DNA of 64,000 nt from an uncultured Chloroflexia bacterium (GTDB taxonomy: Bacteria > Chloroflexota > Limnocylindria > QHBO01): NCBI GenBank assembly GCA_963811145.1, contig CAWEQC010000003.1, positions 674,897 through 738,896 of the forward strand, given 5' to 3'. The notes beneath the pieces were generated by a model, which was not told the origin of the DNA, ran no database searches, and saw only the letters and a list, made by a program, of their open reading frames with translations. The position numbers were made by a program, and so were the translations under genes. How positions within the stretch are numbered: position 1 is the first letter of the stretch; the number at the start of each line of letters is the position of its first letter. Below are positions 27,835 through 38,223 of the stretch, in pieces.

Positions 27835-28434
27835 ATCGCTAATAGCCGGACATACAGGAGCAAGCTCCGGGAGGAGCAGGCCGAGGCGACGCGGGCTCGC
27901 ATCCTCGACGCCACCGGTCCCCTGATGGCCCGCGGGGTCACGAGCCTCTCGATTCCGGCCGTGGCGCGCGAGGCTGGCGTATCGGTGCCGACGGTCTACC
28001 GCCATTTCGCCACGAAGCAACAGCTCATCGAGGCGATCTACCCGCACGTCATGCGGCGGGCCGCGATCAACCAGCCGCCACCGCCGCGCTCGATCACCGA
28101 GCTTCGGGACGGTGTGCGCGGGTACCTCGAGCACCTGGATTCGCTCGACGACCAGGCGCGTGCCGCCATGGCAAGCGGGGCCGCGGACGAGGTGCGAGGA
28201 GCGACCATGCCATTTCGAGTTGCGGTGTTTCGCGAGGTGGCCGACTCGGTCGAGCCCAAGCTCGCGGACGCAGATCGCGACCGTATCGCGCGTCTCCTCG
28301 TGGTCCTGACGCAGTCGTCTTCGCTGCGGATGTGGCGTGACCATCTCGGCATGTCGATCGACGAGGTCGCGGAAGAGATCGACTGGGTGGTGAAGGCGGC
28401 CATCGCGGCCGCAACCAAGAGGAGTGGACGATGA
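27826..28434 (+). CDS. TetR-family transcriptional regulator
   Basis: The HTH is SLSIPAVAREAGVSVPTVYRHFATKQQL. It overlaps the downstream gene by 4 nt. Confidence 0.8.
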   Translation: MTRIANSRTYRSKLREEQAEATRARILDATGPLMARGVTSLSIPAVAREAGVSVPTVYRHFATKQQLIEAIYPHVMRRAAINQPPPPRSITELRDGVRGYLEHLDSLDDQARAAMASGAADEVRGATMPFRVAVFREVADSVEPKLADADRDRIARLLVVLTQSSSLRMWRDHLGMSIDEVAEEIDWVVKAAIAAATKRSGR

Positions 28435-30611
28435 CCGTCGCAGGGGTTCGACGCCTTCGAGACGTACGCATGACCGATGTCGCCGAGGTCGGCGGCAAGG
28501 CGGCCAGCCTCGGAGAGCTGCTCGCCGCAGGCGTCAGCGTTCCGGATGGTGTGGTCCTGACGGCCGACGCAGCCGCCATGACGGCTGACGAGCGCCGATC
28601 GCTGTTGTGGGTGGGCGCCGGTGACCTCGGGATCGGGCCCTTCGCCGTCCGCTCGAGTGGAGTCTCCGAGGATGGCGCGGGTCAGTCGTATGCGGGCATG
28701 TACGAATCGGTGCTGGACGTTGCCGCCGGCGACCTCGCGGAGGCCACCGACCGATGCCTTGCCAGTCTCCACTCGGCACGCGCAACCGAGTACGACCAGA
28801 CGGTCGACGGCCGCATGGCGGTGATCATTCAGCAGATGGTCGCGCCGATCGCGGCCGGGGTGGCCCTCACCGCTGATCCGATCAACGGGGACAGACGCTC
28901 GTGCGTCGTAACCGCCGTACGCGGCACCGGGGAGCGGCTGGTGTCCGGGACGGCCATCGGTGACGAGTGGGTCGTCCGTGACGATCGCGCTGAGGCCCGC
29001 CGCCAGCCGGAGCACGCCATCGATCGCCGGCAGGCGCTGTCAGTTGCCGCAGAGGCCCGACGCATCGCAGACGCCCGCGGGACCCCGCAGGACATCGAGT
29101 GGGCGATTGATGGGCAGGATCGGCTCTGGATCCTGCAGGCCAGGCCGATGACGGCGCTTCCGCCCGACGTGTCCTGGGACTCGCCGGCGCCGGGCGCATA
29201 CACCCGCATGCTCCGATTGGGCGAGTGGATCGGTGAGCCGGTCACTCCGCTCTTCGAGTCGTGGCTGCTGACGGCCATGGAGGACCGCATGCACGCGCTC
29301 TTCCGGGAGCTCATCGGACAGATCGCACCGCGGCCCTATCACGTCGTGGTCAACGGCTGGTACTTCTACTCGATCAACTTCATCTCCGGAGGCGCCCTCC
29401 TCCGCAGTCTGCCCGGCATGCTGGTCACGCTCATCCGCACGCCGCGTCACCTCGCAGGGATCATTCCGCCGACCGTTCGCCACGCTTATCCGGTCGTCGA
29501 GCGAATGTGGCGCGACGACCTGCAGCCGCGCTACCGCGCCTCCGTGGCCGCTGCCGACGGCAGGGTCGAGACGCTCCCCCTCGCCGATCTCCCTGCACTG
29601 ATCGACGAGCTGGCCCAGCTCGCCGGCGAATACTTTGTCTCGATCGCGGCGCTCAGCGGCGCCGGGTACAAGCTGGAGATGAACCTCGCGCAGTTCTATC
29701 GACGGCACCTGGCCCCCTCCCTCGGCGGCAGCCACCTGCCGCTGCTCGCCGGCTTCGAACCGGCGGCCGCTCGGCGAGGCCATGCCATCGCGTCGCTCGA
29801 CTGGATTGACGCTCCGATGCCCCTCGAGGCAACCGCGGCACCGGCCGAGACCCACAGCCGCGTGGTCGAGGCGAGGGAGGCAGCCGAGGCCGCTGCCTTC
29901 GAAGCGCTTGCCTCGTCACCGCGCCGGCTTCGCGCCTTCCGCCGCCTGCTGGCCGATTCGCAGCACATCGTCCCGATTCGCGAAGAGCAGACCGATGAGC
30001 TGACGATCGCGTGGCCGGTCATGCGACGGGCAGTTCTCCGCATCGGCGAGGCATTGGCTGCCCGGGGGGCGATTGCCGATGCCAAGGACGTGTTCTGGCT
30101 GACTCGGGCGGAGGCCCTCGCGGGCCTCGAAGGCGCAGCGCTGCCGCCGACCATCGACGTGGCGGCTCGGAAGTCGCTCCGGGCAGATCAGGCCCGCCTG
30201 GTGCCGCCGCGGCTCGTCGGCCGGGTCAACCCGATGATCCAGCGGTTGTGGGACAGCTTCCCCGGGCTCATCGGTGCGGTTCCGTCGGACACGGCGCTCG
30301 TGTCGGGTGTGCCGGCGTCGCCAGGGCGCGCCACCGGCTCCGTTCGCGTGATCCGAGGCCCGGACGAGTTCGACGAGCTTCAGTCCGGCGAGATCCTCGT
30401 CGCGCCGATGACCGCGCCGGCATGGACGCCGCTCTTCACCCGGGCGGCCGCCGTCGTGACCGATGTCGGCAGCGCCGCCGCGCACGCCTCGATCATCGCC
30501 CGAGAGTACGGAATCCCGGCCGTCGTGGGTTGCAGCGACGCAACGTCGCGCCTGCACACGGGGATGCGCGTCACGGTGGACGGCAGCACGGGGAACGTCG
30601 AGCCCGAGTGA
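28431..30611 (+). CDS. PEP-utilizing enzyme family protein (pyruvate-water dikinase-like; rifampicin-phosphotransferase-like domain order)
   Basis: The N-terminus is a PPDK/PEPS nucleotide-binding domain (MTDVAEVGGKAASLGEL). The C-terminal mobile His domain is GSAAAHASIIAREYGIPAVVG. Total length is 726 aa. Confidence 0.65.
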   Translation: MTVAGVRRLRDVRMTDVAEVGGKAASLGELLAAGVSVPDGVVLTADAAAMTADERRSLLWVGAGDLGIGPFAVRSSGVSEDGAGQSYAGMYESVLDVAAGDLAEATDRCLASLHSARATEYDQTVDGRMAVIIQQMVAPIAAGVALTADPINGDRRSCVVTAVRGTGERLVSGTAIGDEWVVRDDRAEARRQPEHAIDRRQALSVAAEARRIADARGTPQDIEWAIDGQDRLWILQARPMTALPPDVSWDSPAPGAYTRMLRLGEWIGEPVTPLFESWLLTAMEDRMHALFRELIGQIAPRPYHVVVNGWYFYSINFISGGALLRSLPGMLVTLIRTPRHLAGIIPPTVRHAYPVVERMWRDDLQPRYRASVAAADGRVETLPLADLPALIDELAQLAGEYFVSIAALSGAGYKLEMNLAQFYRRHLAPSLGGSHLPLLAGFEPAAARRGHAIASLDWIDAPMPLEATAAPAETHSRVVEAREAAEAAAFEALASSPRRLRAFRRLLADSQHIVPIREEQTDELTIAWPVMRRAVLRIGEALAARGAIADAKDVFWLTRAEALAGLEGAALPPTIDVAARKSLRADQARLVPPRLVGRVNPMIQRLWDSFPGLIGAVPSDTALVSGVPASPGRATGSVRVIRGPDEFDELQSGEILVAPMTAPAWTPLFTRAAAVVTDVGSAAAHASIIAREYGIPAVVGCSDATSRLHTGMRVTVDGSTGNVEPE

Positions 30612-30627
30612 GCGGTGGCCTTTGGTG

Positions 30628-31095
30628 CTACTGCTCCGGTGCGATGAGGAGCCAGAGCGCCAGCGCGACCTCCGCGACAATGCCGAAGAGGACCACTGCG
30701 AGCGTGGACCACGTCGGAACCCCGGGCACGACGGCGATCAGCCACGCCAGCCCGGCGACAGCAATGAGCACGCCAAGGGCGTCCGGCGCGAAGGTCGACC
30801 GCGCGATGAGGTACCCCAGCACCATGAGGAAGGCCGCGAACGGGAGCAGCGCGAGACGAAGCGTGCCGGTGTCGGCGCGCACTTGCCCGACACCCTGGAT
30901 CACGTAATGGATGAACGCCAGCGGTAGTAGCGCCAGCGCAATGAGCGGGTCGGCAGGCGCGAACAGCCGATACAGCAACACCGCGAGCACAAAGCCCGTC
31001 GCACTCCCGACGAGCTGAAGCGGCATGTTCCGGAGCCTCGTGCCCGCCAGAGAGAGAAGCAAGAACGCGACGTACACGAGGCCAACGATCTTCAT
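30628..31095 (-). CDS. Hypothetical integral membrane protein (4 TM)
   Basis: It is a hydrophobic 155-aa ORF with no recognizable motif. Confidence 0.45.
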   Translation of the reverse strand: MKIVGLVYVAFLLLSLAGTRLRNMPLQLVGSATGFVLAVLLYRLFAPADPLIALALLPLAFIHYVIQGVGQVRADTGTLRLALLPFAAFLMVLGYLIARSTFAPDALGVLIAVAGLAWLIAVVPGVPTWSTLAVVLFGIVAEVALALWLLIAPEQ

Positions 31096-31192
31096 GGCGC
31101 CACCAGCTGAACGAACGCGCGCAACCTATGCACCCTACCGCGCGCCCGTGAACCCCGTGTCAACCACCGCTCGGTCACGGCCAAGTTCTAAG

Positions 31193-31265
31193 AGGGCCGT
31201 GTGGGATTCGAACCCACGACACGAGGATTAAAAGTCCCCTGCTCTAACCGCTGAGCTAACGGCCC
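31193..31265 (-). tRNA. tRNA-Lys (anticodon UUU)
   Basis: The 73-nt cloverleaf has acceptor GGGCCGT/ACGGCCC, D-stem GCTC/GAGC, anticodon loop CTTTTAA, and T-arm GTGGG-TTCGAAT-CCCAC. CCA is not encoded. Confidence 0.85.
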
Positions 31266-31310
31266 GCGTGGAGCATAGCCCGCCGCATGGGCGAGCCGGC
31301 CGAGGGCCTT

Positions 31311-33225
31311 TCAATCGGCGGTATCGAGGGCGATCTGATCAAGCGCCGGCTGAGCCACGAACTGATCGAACGAGTAGTGCACGACACGGTCGGACACAGC
31401 GTGGGTGTAGCTCTCGAAGACCAGGGGAACCCACGGCACCACGTTCTCCATCATGTACTGATCCAGCTCGGCCCAGCACTGGGCCTGCGCCGCGCTGGTC
31501 CTGGCAAGGCAGAGCTCGATCCGGTCGTCGATGTTCGGAAGGTCGATCGGAACGTAATCCCAGCTCTCCAGCCGTTCCCTGCTCGAGCCGATCATGTTGC
31601 CGTTCGTGAAGTCCTCGCCCATGCTTCGTTGGCTGTCGAAGACCGGCCAAAAGAAGTGCGCGGCGTTGAGCGTGTCCTTCGCCCATGGACCTCCTGCGAG
31701 AAGCCCGATCCGTTCGCCGCGGGTCGTGGAACGGTCCGATCACGTCGTCCGGCGGAAACGTCGCCAGGATCTCCGCCGTGATGCCGATCTCCGCCAGGTT
31801 GGCGACGACGAGTTCCGCCGCCTCGGGACTCAGGCGGAATGTGACCATCCCGACACTCGAGCAGACCGGGTCGTCGCAACGCCCGTCGCCGTCCCCGTCG
31901 TACCTCGAGAGCCGCATCTCGTCGCGGGCGGCCGCCGGGTCGCCGTGCGAGCCGGGCGTTCGATACGGGTCATACTCGAGAAGAAGGTTGTCCTCCAGGC
32001 TGTCGAGCACCATGTGGCCGGCCACTTCTCCGGTTCGTTCTCCGGCCGCCTGGATGAGCCCCGCCTTGTCGATTGCCAGGTTCATCGCCTTGCGAACGTG
32101 GATGTCGTCGAACGGCGGCAGCGCGAGGTTCATCTCGATATACCGGATGATGTCACGCGAGTGGGAGTAGACGCGACCCAGCCCCTGGTCCGCGGAAAAC
32201 CGCTCGATCTGATCGACCGGCGATTGGGGTGGTGAGCCGGCATTGAACACGAAGTCGATCTCTCCCTTGTCGAGTCGGTCCGACGCTTCTTCCAGGGTGC
32301 CACCGATCTCGATCTCGATTCGATCGACATAGGCCGGTCGAAGATCGTCGGTGGCTGGATCCCAGGAGGGATTGCGAACCAGCGTCAGCGACTTAGCCGG
32401 CGCGTATCCGGCTGCCGGCACCTGCTCCTCCGCAGGAAGGGCGAAGTCAATCAGCCCGGAGCCCTCAACCATGTACGGGCCAGTTGCGACCATGAAACGC
32501 CCGTAGTCGTCGTCGTGGCCGGTCGCGACGCCCAGGGGAGCCGCGGCATCGGCAGGGCTGGGCGGGATCGGCGCGGTATCGGGCAGTGCGAACCGAGCGG
32601 GAAGGTCGCCAGCCGGTCGCACCAGGCGTATCCGAAGCGTGTATCGGTCTGGCGTCTCGAGTCCGGACACTGTGCTGGCCTCGCCGGCCAGATATTCGGG
32701 CACCCCGACGATCCCAAGCTGAGTGAGCGTCGCGAAGCCCGATGCGCCCGCATGCCGGGGCAATACGCGATTGAACGTCCGTACGAAGTCCGCCGACGTC
32801 ACCTCGGTGTCTTCAAGGGGCGGCCCATAGTGGATGCCCGCGCGAAGCCGGAAGGTCCAGGTGAGCTCGTCGCTCGAAACCTCGGGCAGAGAAGCGGCGA
32901 GATCCGGCCTGAGGGCCGTCCCATCCCGATCGGTCGGATTACCGACGTAGGAGACGAGCGTCCTTGACAGACAGCACCGCTGCAGCTCCTCCGCGTCGTA
33001 CCACGCGGAGAACTGGGGGTCGAGCGCATTTGTCGCGACCGCCTCGTCTGACGACGCCAGGTTGGATGGGGGCACGATGTCATGCGGCACGGCGAGCCGA
33101 AGCGTCCCGCCCCTGGGGAGGTCCTGCGAGGGCGACGAAACCGACTCCGGCGCGGGCGAACTGCGGCAGCCGGTCACGAGCAATGTGACGGCCAAGGCCG
33201 CCATCATGCGGTTCCGCCTCAACAT
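31311..33225 (-). pseudogene. ABC transporter substrate-binding lipoprotein (family 5, peptide/nickel type) with a frameshift
   Basis: The lipoprotein signal is MLRRNRMMAALAVTLLVTGC. The reading frame is coherent to about 31730, then continues only in another frame (ORF 31311..31622, ...GGPWAKDTLNAAHFFWPVFDSQRSMGEDF...). Confidence 0.6.
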
Positions 33226-33244
33226 CCGGCCGCCCGTGAACGCG

Positions 33245-34798
33245 TCATGAAGCCTGGACCGAGACCCAGACGCCGCCATCGCCGTCGACGACGACGCCTA
33301 CGGGCGCCCCATCGACAGCGAAGCTCGCCACGACCGAATCCGTCGCCGAGTCGAGCTTCGCCAATACGCGATCGCCGCTGACCGCGACCCACACCGCACC
33401 GGGACTCGTCGCAACACCCAGCGGGCGATTGCCGATCGCCATGGTGGTCACCGGCCGATTTGTCGTGAGGTCGATCCTCGTGACCGAGTCTCCGGATTCG
33501 CTCGTGACCCAGACGGCCTCCGCCCCGACAGCGATTGCGGTGGGAGACGTCAGCAGAGGGATCGTGGCGACCGTCTCGTAGGTCGTGGGGTCGATGCGCC
33601 ATAGCGTGTTGTCAAGGGTGCTCGTGACCCAAACGCTCCCCGCGCCGACGGCTATCGCGCCAGGAGCGGCACCCACCGGGATCTCGTCCGGCGAGGCATG
33701 GGAGTTGGTCGTGTCGACCCTGAGGACCAATTCGCGGGTGCGGTCGACAACCCAGACTGCGCCCTCGCCGAACGCGATGGCCTCCACACCGTTGCCGATG
33801 GGGATCCTGTCCTCGACCTGTGCCTGACGGGCACCGAACTGGACGATCGAGCCGACATCGCCGGACGCCTGCCCAAAGCCGGTCGTCACCCACACGGCGT
33901 CGGCGCCAGACGTCACGCCAGTCGGAGTTCCACCCACCGCCGGGGTGGCTCCAACCTCGCCTGTTGCCGCGTCGATGCGGGAGATGGTTGCGTCGCGGAA
34001 GTTGAGGACCCAGACCGCCTGTGCTCCAAATGCCATCCACGTGGGTTGCAATCCAACGTGGACGGCCCGGTCGAAGGTGTCACCCCCTGGCGGTATATGT
34101 CCCACTGTGTTGGGCCCGGGTACCACCGGTGCCGCCCACAGGCCGGGCAGCAGGGTCACCGCCGCGGCTGTCCCGACAAACGCGAGGACGGCGAAAACGC
34201 CGAGGGTCCATCCGCGCGGCACGAGGCCGCTGAGACTGCTGGCTTCTTCGTGAGTTGCGGGCGGGGTCGCGGACGGCGCATCCATGGCTCCCGGGCGCTG
34301 GACCACGGTGAAGAGCCGCCACTCGCCGGGGATTCCCTTGAGCGTCGTGGCACCTCTTTCGGCGAACTCGATGCCCGAGCCGGCTACAAGCTCCCTGACG
34401 GTCGCGGTGACCACGACCTCGCCGGGTTGGGCACTTCCCAGCACCCTGGCCGCGGTGTGGACGGCGATGCCTCCGGCTCTGCCCCCGCTGACTTCCACCT
34501 CGCCCACGTGAATGCCGGCGCGGATCTCGATGCCGAGCTGCCGCAGTGACTCGATGATGTCGAGGGCACAGAGGATGGCCTGGGCCGGCCTGTCAAAGAT
34601 CGCGAAGAATCCGTCGCCGGCCGTATCAATCTCACGGCCACGGTGCTGTTTGAGCTGGGCTCGCACCGCGCGGTGATGCCGAGCAACCAGGTCGTGCCAG
34701 CCTCGGTCGCCGATGCGGGCGGCGAGTTCGGTCGACCCGACGATGTCGGTAAACAGCACGGTGGCGAGGATGCGCTCGGGCGCGTTGGTGCGCGGCAC
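33245..34798 (-). CDS. Class III adenylyl/guanylyl cyclase fused through a TM segment to an extracytoplasmic beta-propeller
   Basis: The N-terminal CHD opens LFTDIVGSTELAA...DTAGDGFFAIFD. A TM segment follows (LGVFAVLAFVGTAAAVTLL). Repeated A(V/I)WV(T/V) ...R(I/V)D blades then run to the C-terminus. Confidence 0.7.
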   Translation of the reverse strand: MPRTNAPERILATVLFTDIVGSTELAARIGDRGWHDLVARHHRAVRAQLKQHRGREIDTAGDGFFAIFDRPAQAILCALDIIESLRQLGIEIRAGIHVGEVEVSGGRAGGIAVHTAARVLGSAQPGEVVVTATVRELVAGSGIEFAERGATTLKGIPGEWRLFTVVQRPGAMDAPSATPPATHEEASSLSGLVPRGWTLGVFAVLAFVGTAAAVTLLPGLWAAPVVPGPNTVGHIPPGGDTFDRAVHVGLQPTWMAFGAQAVWVLNFRDATISRIDAATGEVGATPAVGGTPTGVTSGADAVWVTTGFGQASGDVGSIVQFGARQAQVEDRIPIGNGVEAIAFGEGAVWVVDRTRELVLRVDTTNSHASPDEIPVGAAPGAIAVGAGSVWVTSTLDNTLWRIDPTTYETVATIPLLTSPTAIAVGAEAVWVTSESGDSVTRIDLTTNRPVTTMAIGNRPLGVATSPGAVWVAVSGDRVLAKLDSATDSVVASFAVDGAPVGVVVDGDGGVWVSVQAS

Positions 34799-34893
34799 GC
34801 TGATCAGTGTTGCCTATCTGTAAACAACTCACCTCGTAGCATGGTGAACTGATCGGCCGCGGCGGGCCTACTAGGTTGAAAGGGAGGATCCGG

Positions 34894-37800
34894 ATGCTCG
34901 AGGGCCCGCTGGCCCCGCTGCGCGTTGTCCTGCAACGAAGCCTCGCCGATTGGCTCATCGTGGCGGCCACCTGGCTGGTGATCGTGTGCGCCACGACGCT
35001 GCTTGCGATCGGCGTCCTGTATGGCGATGCGGTGGCCCTCAGCGGCCTCCGGCAGACGCTGGCCGCGGAGCCCGCAGACGCCACCACCATCGACGTCCTG
35101 ATGCGTGTCGAGCCCGGGGAGCTGGCCAGCGTTGACGATGTGGTCACCCGCCAGTCGCGGCGAATCTTGGGCTGGACCGGCGGGGAGCTGGCGCGGACGA
35201 TCCGATCGGGGTCGTATGACCTCGGCGGTGCCATCGCCGATGCCTCCGAGACCGATGTGGCGATCTTCGAGGCCGCCGACCGGCTCGTCGATCACGCGAC
35301 CATCGTCGAGGGCTCGTGGCCCACATCGAATGCCGAGCCCCTCGAGGCAGCCGTGTCGATCGGTGCCGCGACCGAGCTGGGCCTTGCGGTCGGTGACGAG
35401 CTGTCGCTCACGAGCCGCGCCGCCGAGGCACGAGTCGTCGAACTGCGAATCGTGGGTGTGTGGCAACCCGATGATCCGGCCGGGCCGTACTGGCTGAACG
35501 ATCAGCTGGAGCTCACGGGCGTGAGCGAGGGCGCCTCCTTCACGGTCCACGGTCCCCTTGTCATCACCGCCGAGGACCTCATGCGGCGAGTCGCCACCGG
35601 CGACCTTGACGTGGGCTGGCGCACCCTACCGGACTTCGGCAACCTGGCGCTCGAGAACGTTCGCTGGCTGCGCAGCGACACCGCGGCGCTTGAGCGCCGG
35701 ATCCGCTCGGACCTCGGCGACAGCGCGTTCTTCAGCGTGGAGACCGAGCTGCCGCGGGTGCTCGAGGGGGCGGATCGGTCATTGCTGGTCAGCCGTTCCG
35801 GGGTGCTGCTGCTCACCATCCAGTTCGTGGTCCTGGCCGCCTACGCGCTCGTCCTGGTTGCCGGGTTGCTGGTCGATCAGCGCAGGATCGAGACGGCCAT
35901 GCTCCGCTCCCGTGGGGCGAGTGCCGGACATGTCGCGTGGATGGCGCTGCTCGAAGGGCTCGTGCTCGTCGTCCCGGCTGCCCTGGCCGCACCGTGGATC
36001 GCCCTCGGCGCGCTGGGGCTGTTCGACGCGATCGGTCCACTGGCGGCGGCGGGCGTTTCAATCGAGCCTCGGGTCGGTAGTGCGGCCCTCATCGTGGCCG
36101 GCATCGCGGGTCTGGCATGCCTGATCGGGCTCGTCGTTCCCGCCTTCGCATCGGGGAGGGGACTTGCGGCCGTCCGTCAGACCCTCGGGCGCCAGGGGAA
36201 TCGGACCCTTGCCCAGCGGCTGGGCATCGACCTCGCGCTCGTCCTGCTGGCCGGGATCGGCCTCTGGCAGCTGCGCCAGTACGGCGCTCCGCTGACGGCG
36301 ACGGTGCGCGGCAGCATCGGGCTCGACCCGCTGCTTGTGGCGGCCCCGGCCATCGGGCTGCTCGCCGGAGCCATCCTGGCGCTGCGCGTGGTGCCGTTGC
36401 TCGCGGAGGGCGGAGAGCGCCTGCTGGGCAAACGCCGGGGACTGGTCGCCCCGCTCGGGGCGCGCCAGCTGGCTCGTCGGCCGCTCCGCTACACCAGGTC
36501 GGCCCTGCTTCTCATGCTGGCCGCAGCGCTCGGCACGTTCGCCGCGTCCTACACCACCACCTGGACTCGTTCCCAGTCCGACCAGGCGGCCTACCAGTCG
36601 GGTGGCGATCTCCGTGTCCAGGTCGCCAGCTTCCCGGACCTCCCGCTTTGGGCCCTCGGCGACGCCTACCGCGGTGTTCCCGGCGTCGAGCGTGCGATGC
36701 CCGTCGTGATCGACACGTTCGACGTCTCCGGCGATGCCGCCGGCGGCCGGCTGCTCGCGCTCGACAGCGCTGCCCTGACCGAGGTGGCGGATGTCAGGCC
36801 GGACCTGCTCGGCGGCCTCAGCCTCCAGGCCCTTTCCGATGCGCTGGCTCCGGATCTTGGCGGCATCGCGCCGATTCCGCTCCCCGGCACCCCCGCCTCG
36901 CTGGTCATCGACCTCGACACCAGCCTCGAGAGCTTCCCCGGAGAAGACGCGGACGGCAGTCCCACCTTCGCCACGCCCCTCCCCGGAACCCTGCTCGTCG
37001 GCACGGTGAGCGTCGCGGTGCGCGACGCAACGGGCGTCATCCACGTCGTCGACGCAACGGGCCAGCTCCAGGCCTCCGTGCCCGGCCAACGAATGGAGGT
37101 CCGGCTGACCGCCGAGCTGCCGACCGGGGACGTGGTCACGCCCGACTACCCGCTCGAGATGATCGGCGTCCACCTGCAGCTGCAGCCCCCAGCCGACACG
37201 CGCATTTCCGGGGAGATCCGGGTCACCGACGTCGCCAGCCTCGATGACGCCGGCATGCCCACCGACCTCGAACTTGGGTGGAGTTGGCTGTTGGAGCGCG
37301 GGCTCAATCCTCCCGAGGCCGCGCCGACGCCTGCGGGCGAGCCCGAGACGGTCGTCTTCTCCGAGGAGCAGCCGATCTACGGCGACGAAGGGCCCCTGAG
37401 GCTGCGGCTGGTGCCCGACGCGCTGGCCGAGGTCGGCGACCGGCCGCTACCGGTCGCCGTCAGCCGCACCTTCGCCGACGCGACCGGTGTGGAGGTCGGC
37501 GGCTCGGTCGCCATCGGTTCGCTGACGCGACGGACCCAGGTCGAGGTCGCGGCCATCGTCGATGCCTTCCCCACGCTTGATCCGGAGCTCCCGTTCGCCA
37601 TCCTCGACCTGGGCGGCTACGCGCTGTCCACCTACGCCCGCAGCGGGGACGATCTGTTCGCCGACGAGTGGTGGTTGTCGGTGACCGACGAAGCGTCGGC
37701 CGTTGCGGCGCTCGCAGAGGATCCGTATTCGGTCGAGAGCCTCGTCAGCCGCGGCGATCGAACGGCCGAGCTCACCGACGATCCCGTCGCCCTTGGGGTC

Positions 37801-38220
37801 ATCGGCGCGCTCGGCATCGGCTCGACCGCGGCGCTCATCGTGGCCATCATCGGCTTCGTCGTCAGCGCGGTGGTCAGCACACGGGAGCGGCTGGGCGAGT
37901 TCGCGCTGCTCCGCGCCCTTGGTCTGTCGCCCGCGCAGCTGTCGGCCTGGCTCACCCTCGAGAACGCCTTCCTGCTCGCCGCCGGGGTCGTTGCAGGCAC
38001 CGGGCTCGGGCTGGTCCTCTCCTGGCTGGTGCTGCCCTTCGTGACCCTCACCGCCGAAGCGAGGATCGTCGTCCCGCCGGTCCTGGTCGAGATCCCGTGG
38101 CTGGCCATCGGGGTCGTCCACCTGCTCGCGGCGGTCTCGCTCGTCGTCACCGTGTTCGTGATCGGCGGCATCCTGCGACGGGTGCCCGTCAGCGGCGTGC
38201 TTCGCGCAGGGCAGGACTGA
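34894..38220 (+). CDS. Giant double-FtsX ABC permease (MacB-like, two FtsX modules with large extracytoplasmic domains)
   Basis: It is about 1108 aa. ATG 34894 lies 7 nt after RBS AGGGAGGA. An N-terminal TM and large loops are followed by FtsX 4-TM clusters at about residues 330-470 and 980-1110. Confidence 0.7.
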   Translation: MLEGPLAPLRVVLQRSLADWLIVAATWLVIVCATTLLAIGVLYGDAVALSGLRQTLAAEPADATTIDVLMRVEPGELASVDDVVTRQSRRILGWTGGELARTIRSGSYDLGGAIADASETDVAIFEAADRLVDHATIVEGSWPTSNAEPLEAAVSIGAATELGLAVGDELSLTSRAAEARVVELRIVGVWQPDDPAGPYWLNDQLELTGVSEGASFTVHGPLVITAEDLMRRVATGDLDVGWRTLPDFGNLALENVRWLRSDTAALERRIRSDLGDSAFFSVETELPRVLEGADRSLLVSRSGVLLLTIQFVVLAAYALVLVAGLLVDQRRIETAMLRSRGASAGHVAWMALLEGLVLVVPAALAAPWIALGALGLFDAIGPLAAAGVSIEPRVGSAALIVAGIAGLACLIGLVVPAFASGRGLAAVRQTLGRQGNRTLAQRLGIDLALVLLAGIGLWQLRQYGAPLTATVRGSIGLDPLLVAAPAIGLLAGAILALRVVPLLAEGGERLLGKRRGLVAPLGARQLARRPLRYTRSALLLMLAAALGTFAASYTTTWTRSQSDQAAYQSGGDLRVQVASFPDLPLWALGDAYRGVPGVERAMPVVIDTFDVSGDAAGGRLLALDSAALTEVADVRPDLLGGLSLQALSDALAPDLGGIAPIPLPGTPASLVIDLDTSLESFPGEDADGSPTFATPLPGTLLVGTVSVAVRDATGVIHVVDATGQLQASVPGQRMEVRLTAELPTGDVVTPDYPLEMIGVHLQLQPPADTRISGEIRVTDVASLDDAGMPTDLELGWSWLLERGLNPPEAAPTPAGEPETVVFSEEQPIYGDEGPLRLRLVPDALAEVGDRPLPVAVSRTFADATGVEVGGSVAIGSLTRRTQVEVAAIVDAFPTLDPELPFAILDLGGYALSTYARSGDDLFADEWWLSVTDEASAVAALAEDPYSVESLVSRGDRTAELTDDPVALGVIGALGIGSTAALIVAIIGFVVSAVVSTRERLGEFALLRALGLSPAQLSAWLTLENAFLLAAGVVAGTGLGLVLSWLVLPFVTLTAEARIVVPPVLVEIPWLAIGVVHLLAAVSLVVTVFVIGGILRRVPVSGVLRAGQD

Positions 38221-38223
38221 CCG

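Noticed and set aside
31100-33300. Possible integrative element at tRNA-Lys
   Set aside because: No integrase, excisionase or direct repeat of the tRNA 3' end was found on either side. Only a frameshifted SBP gene is adjacent.
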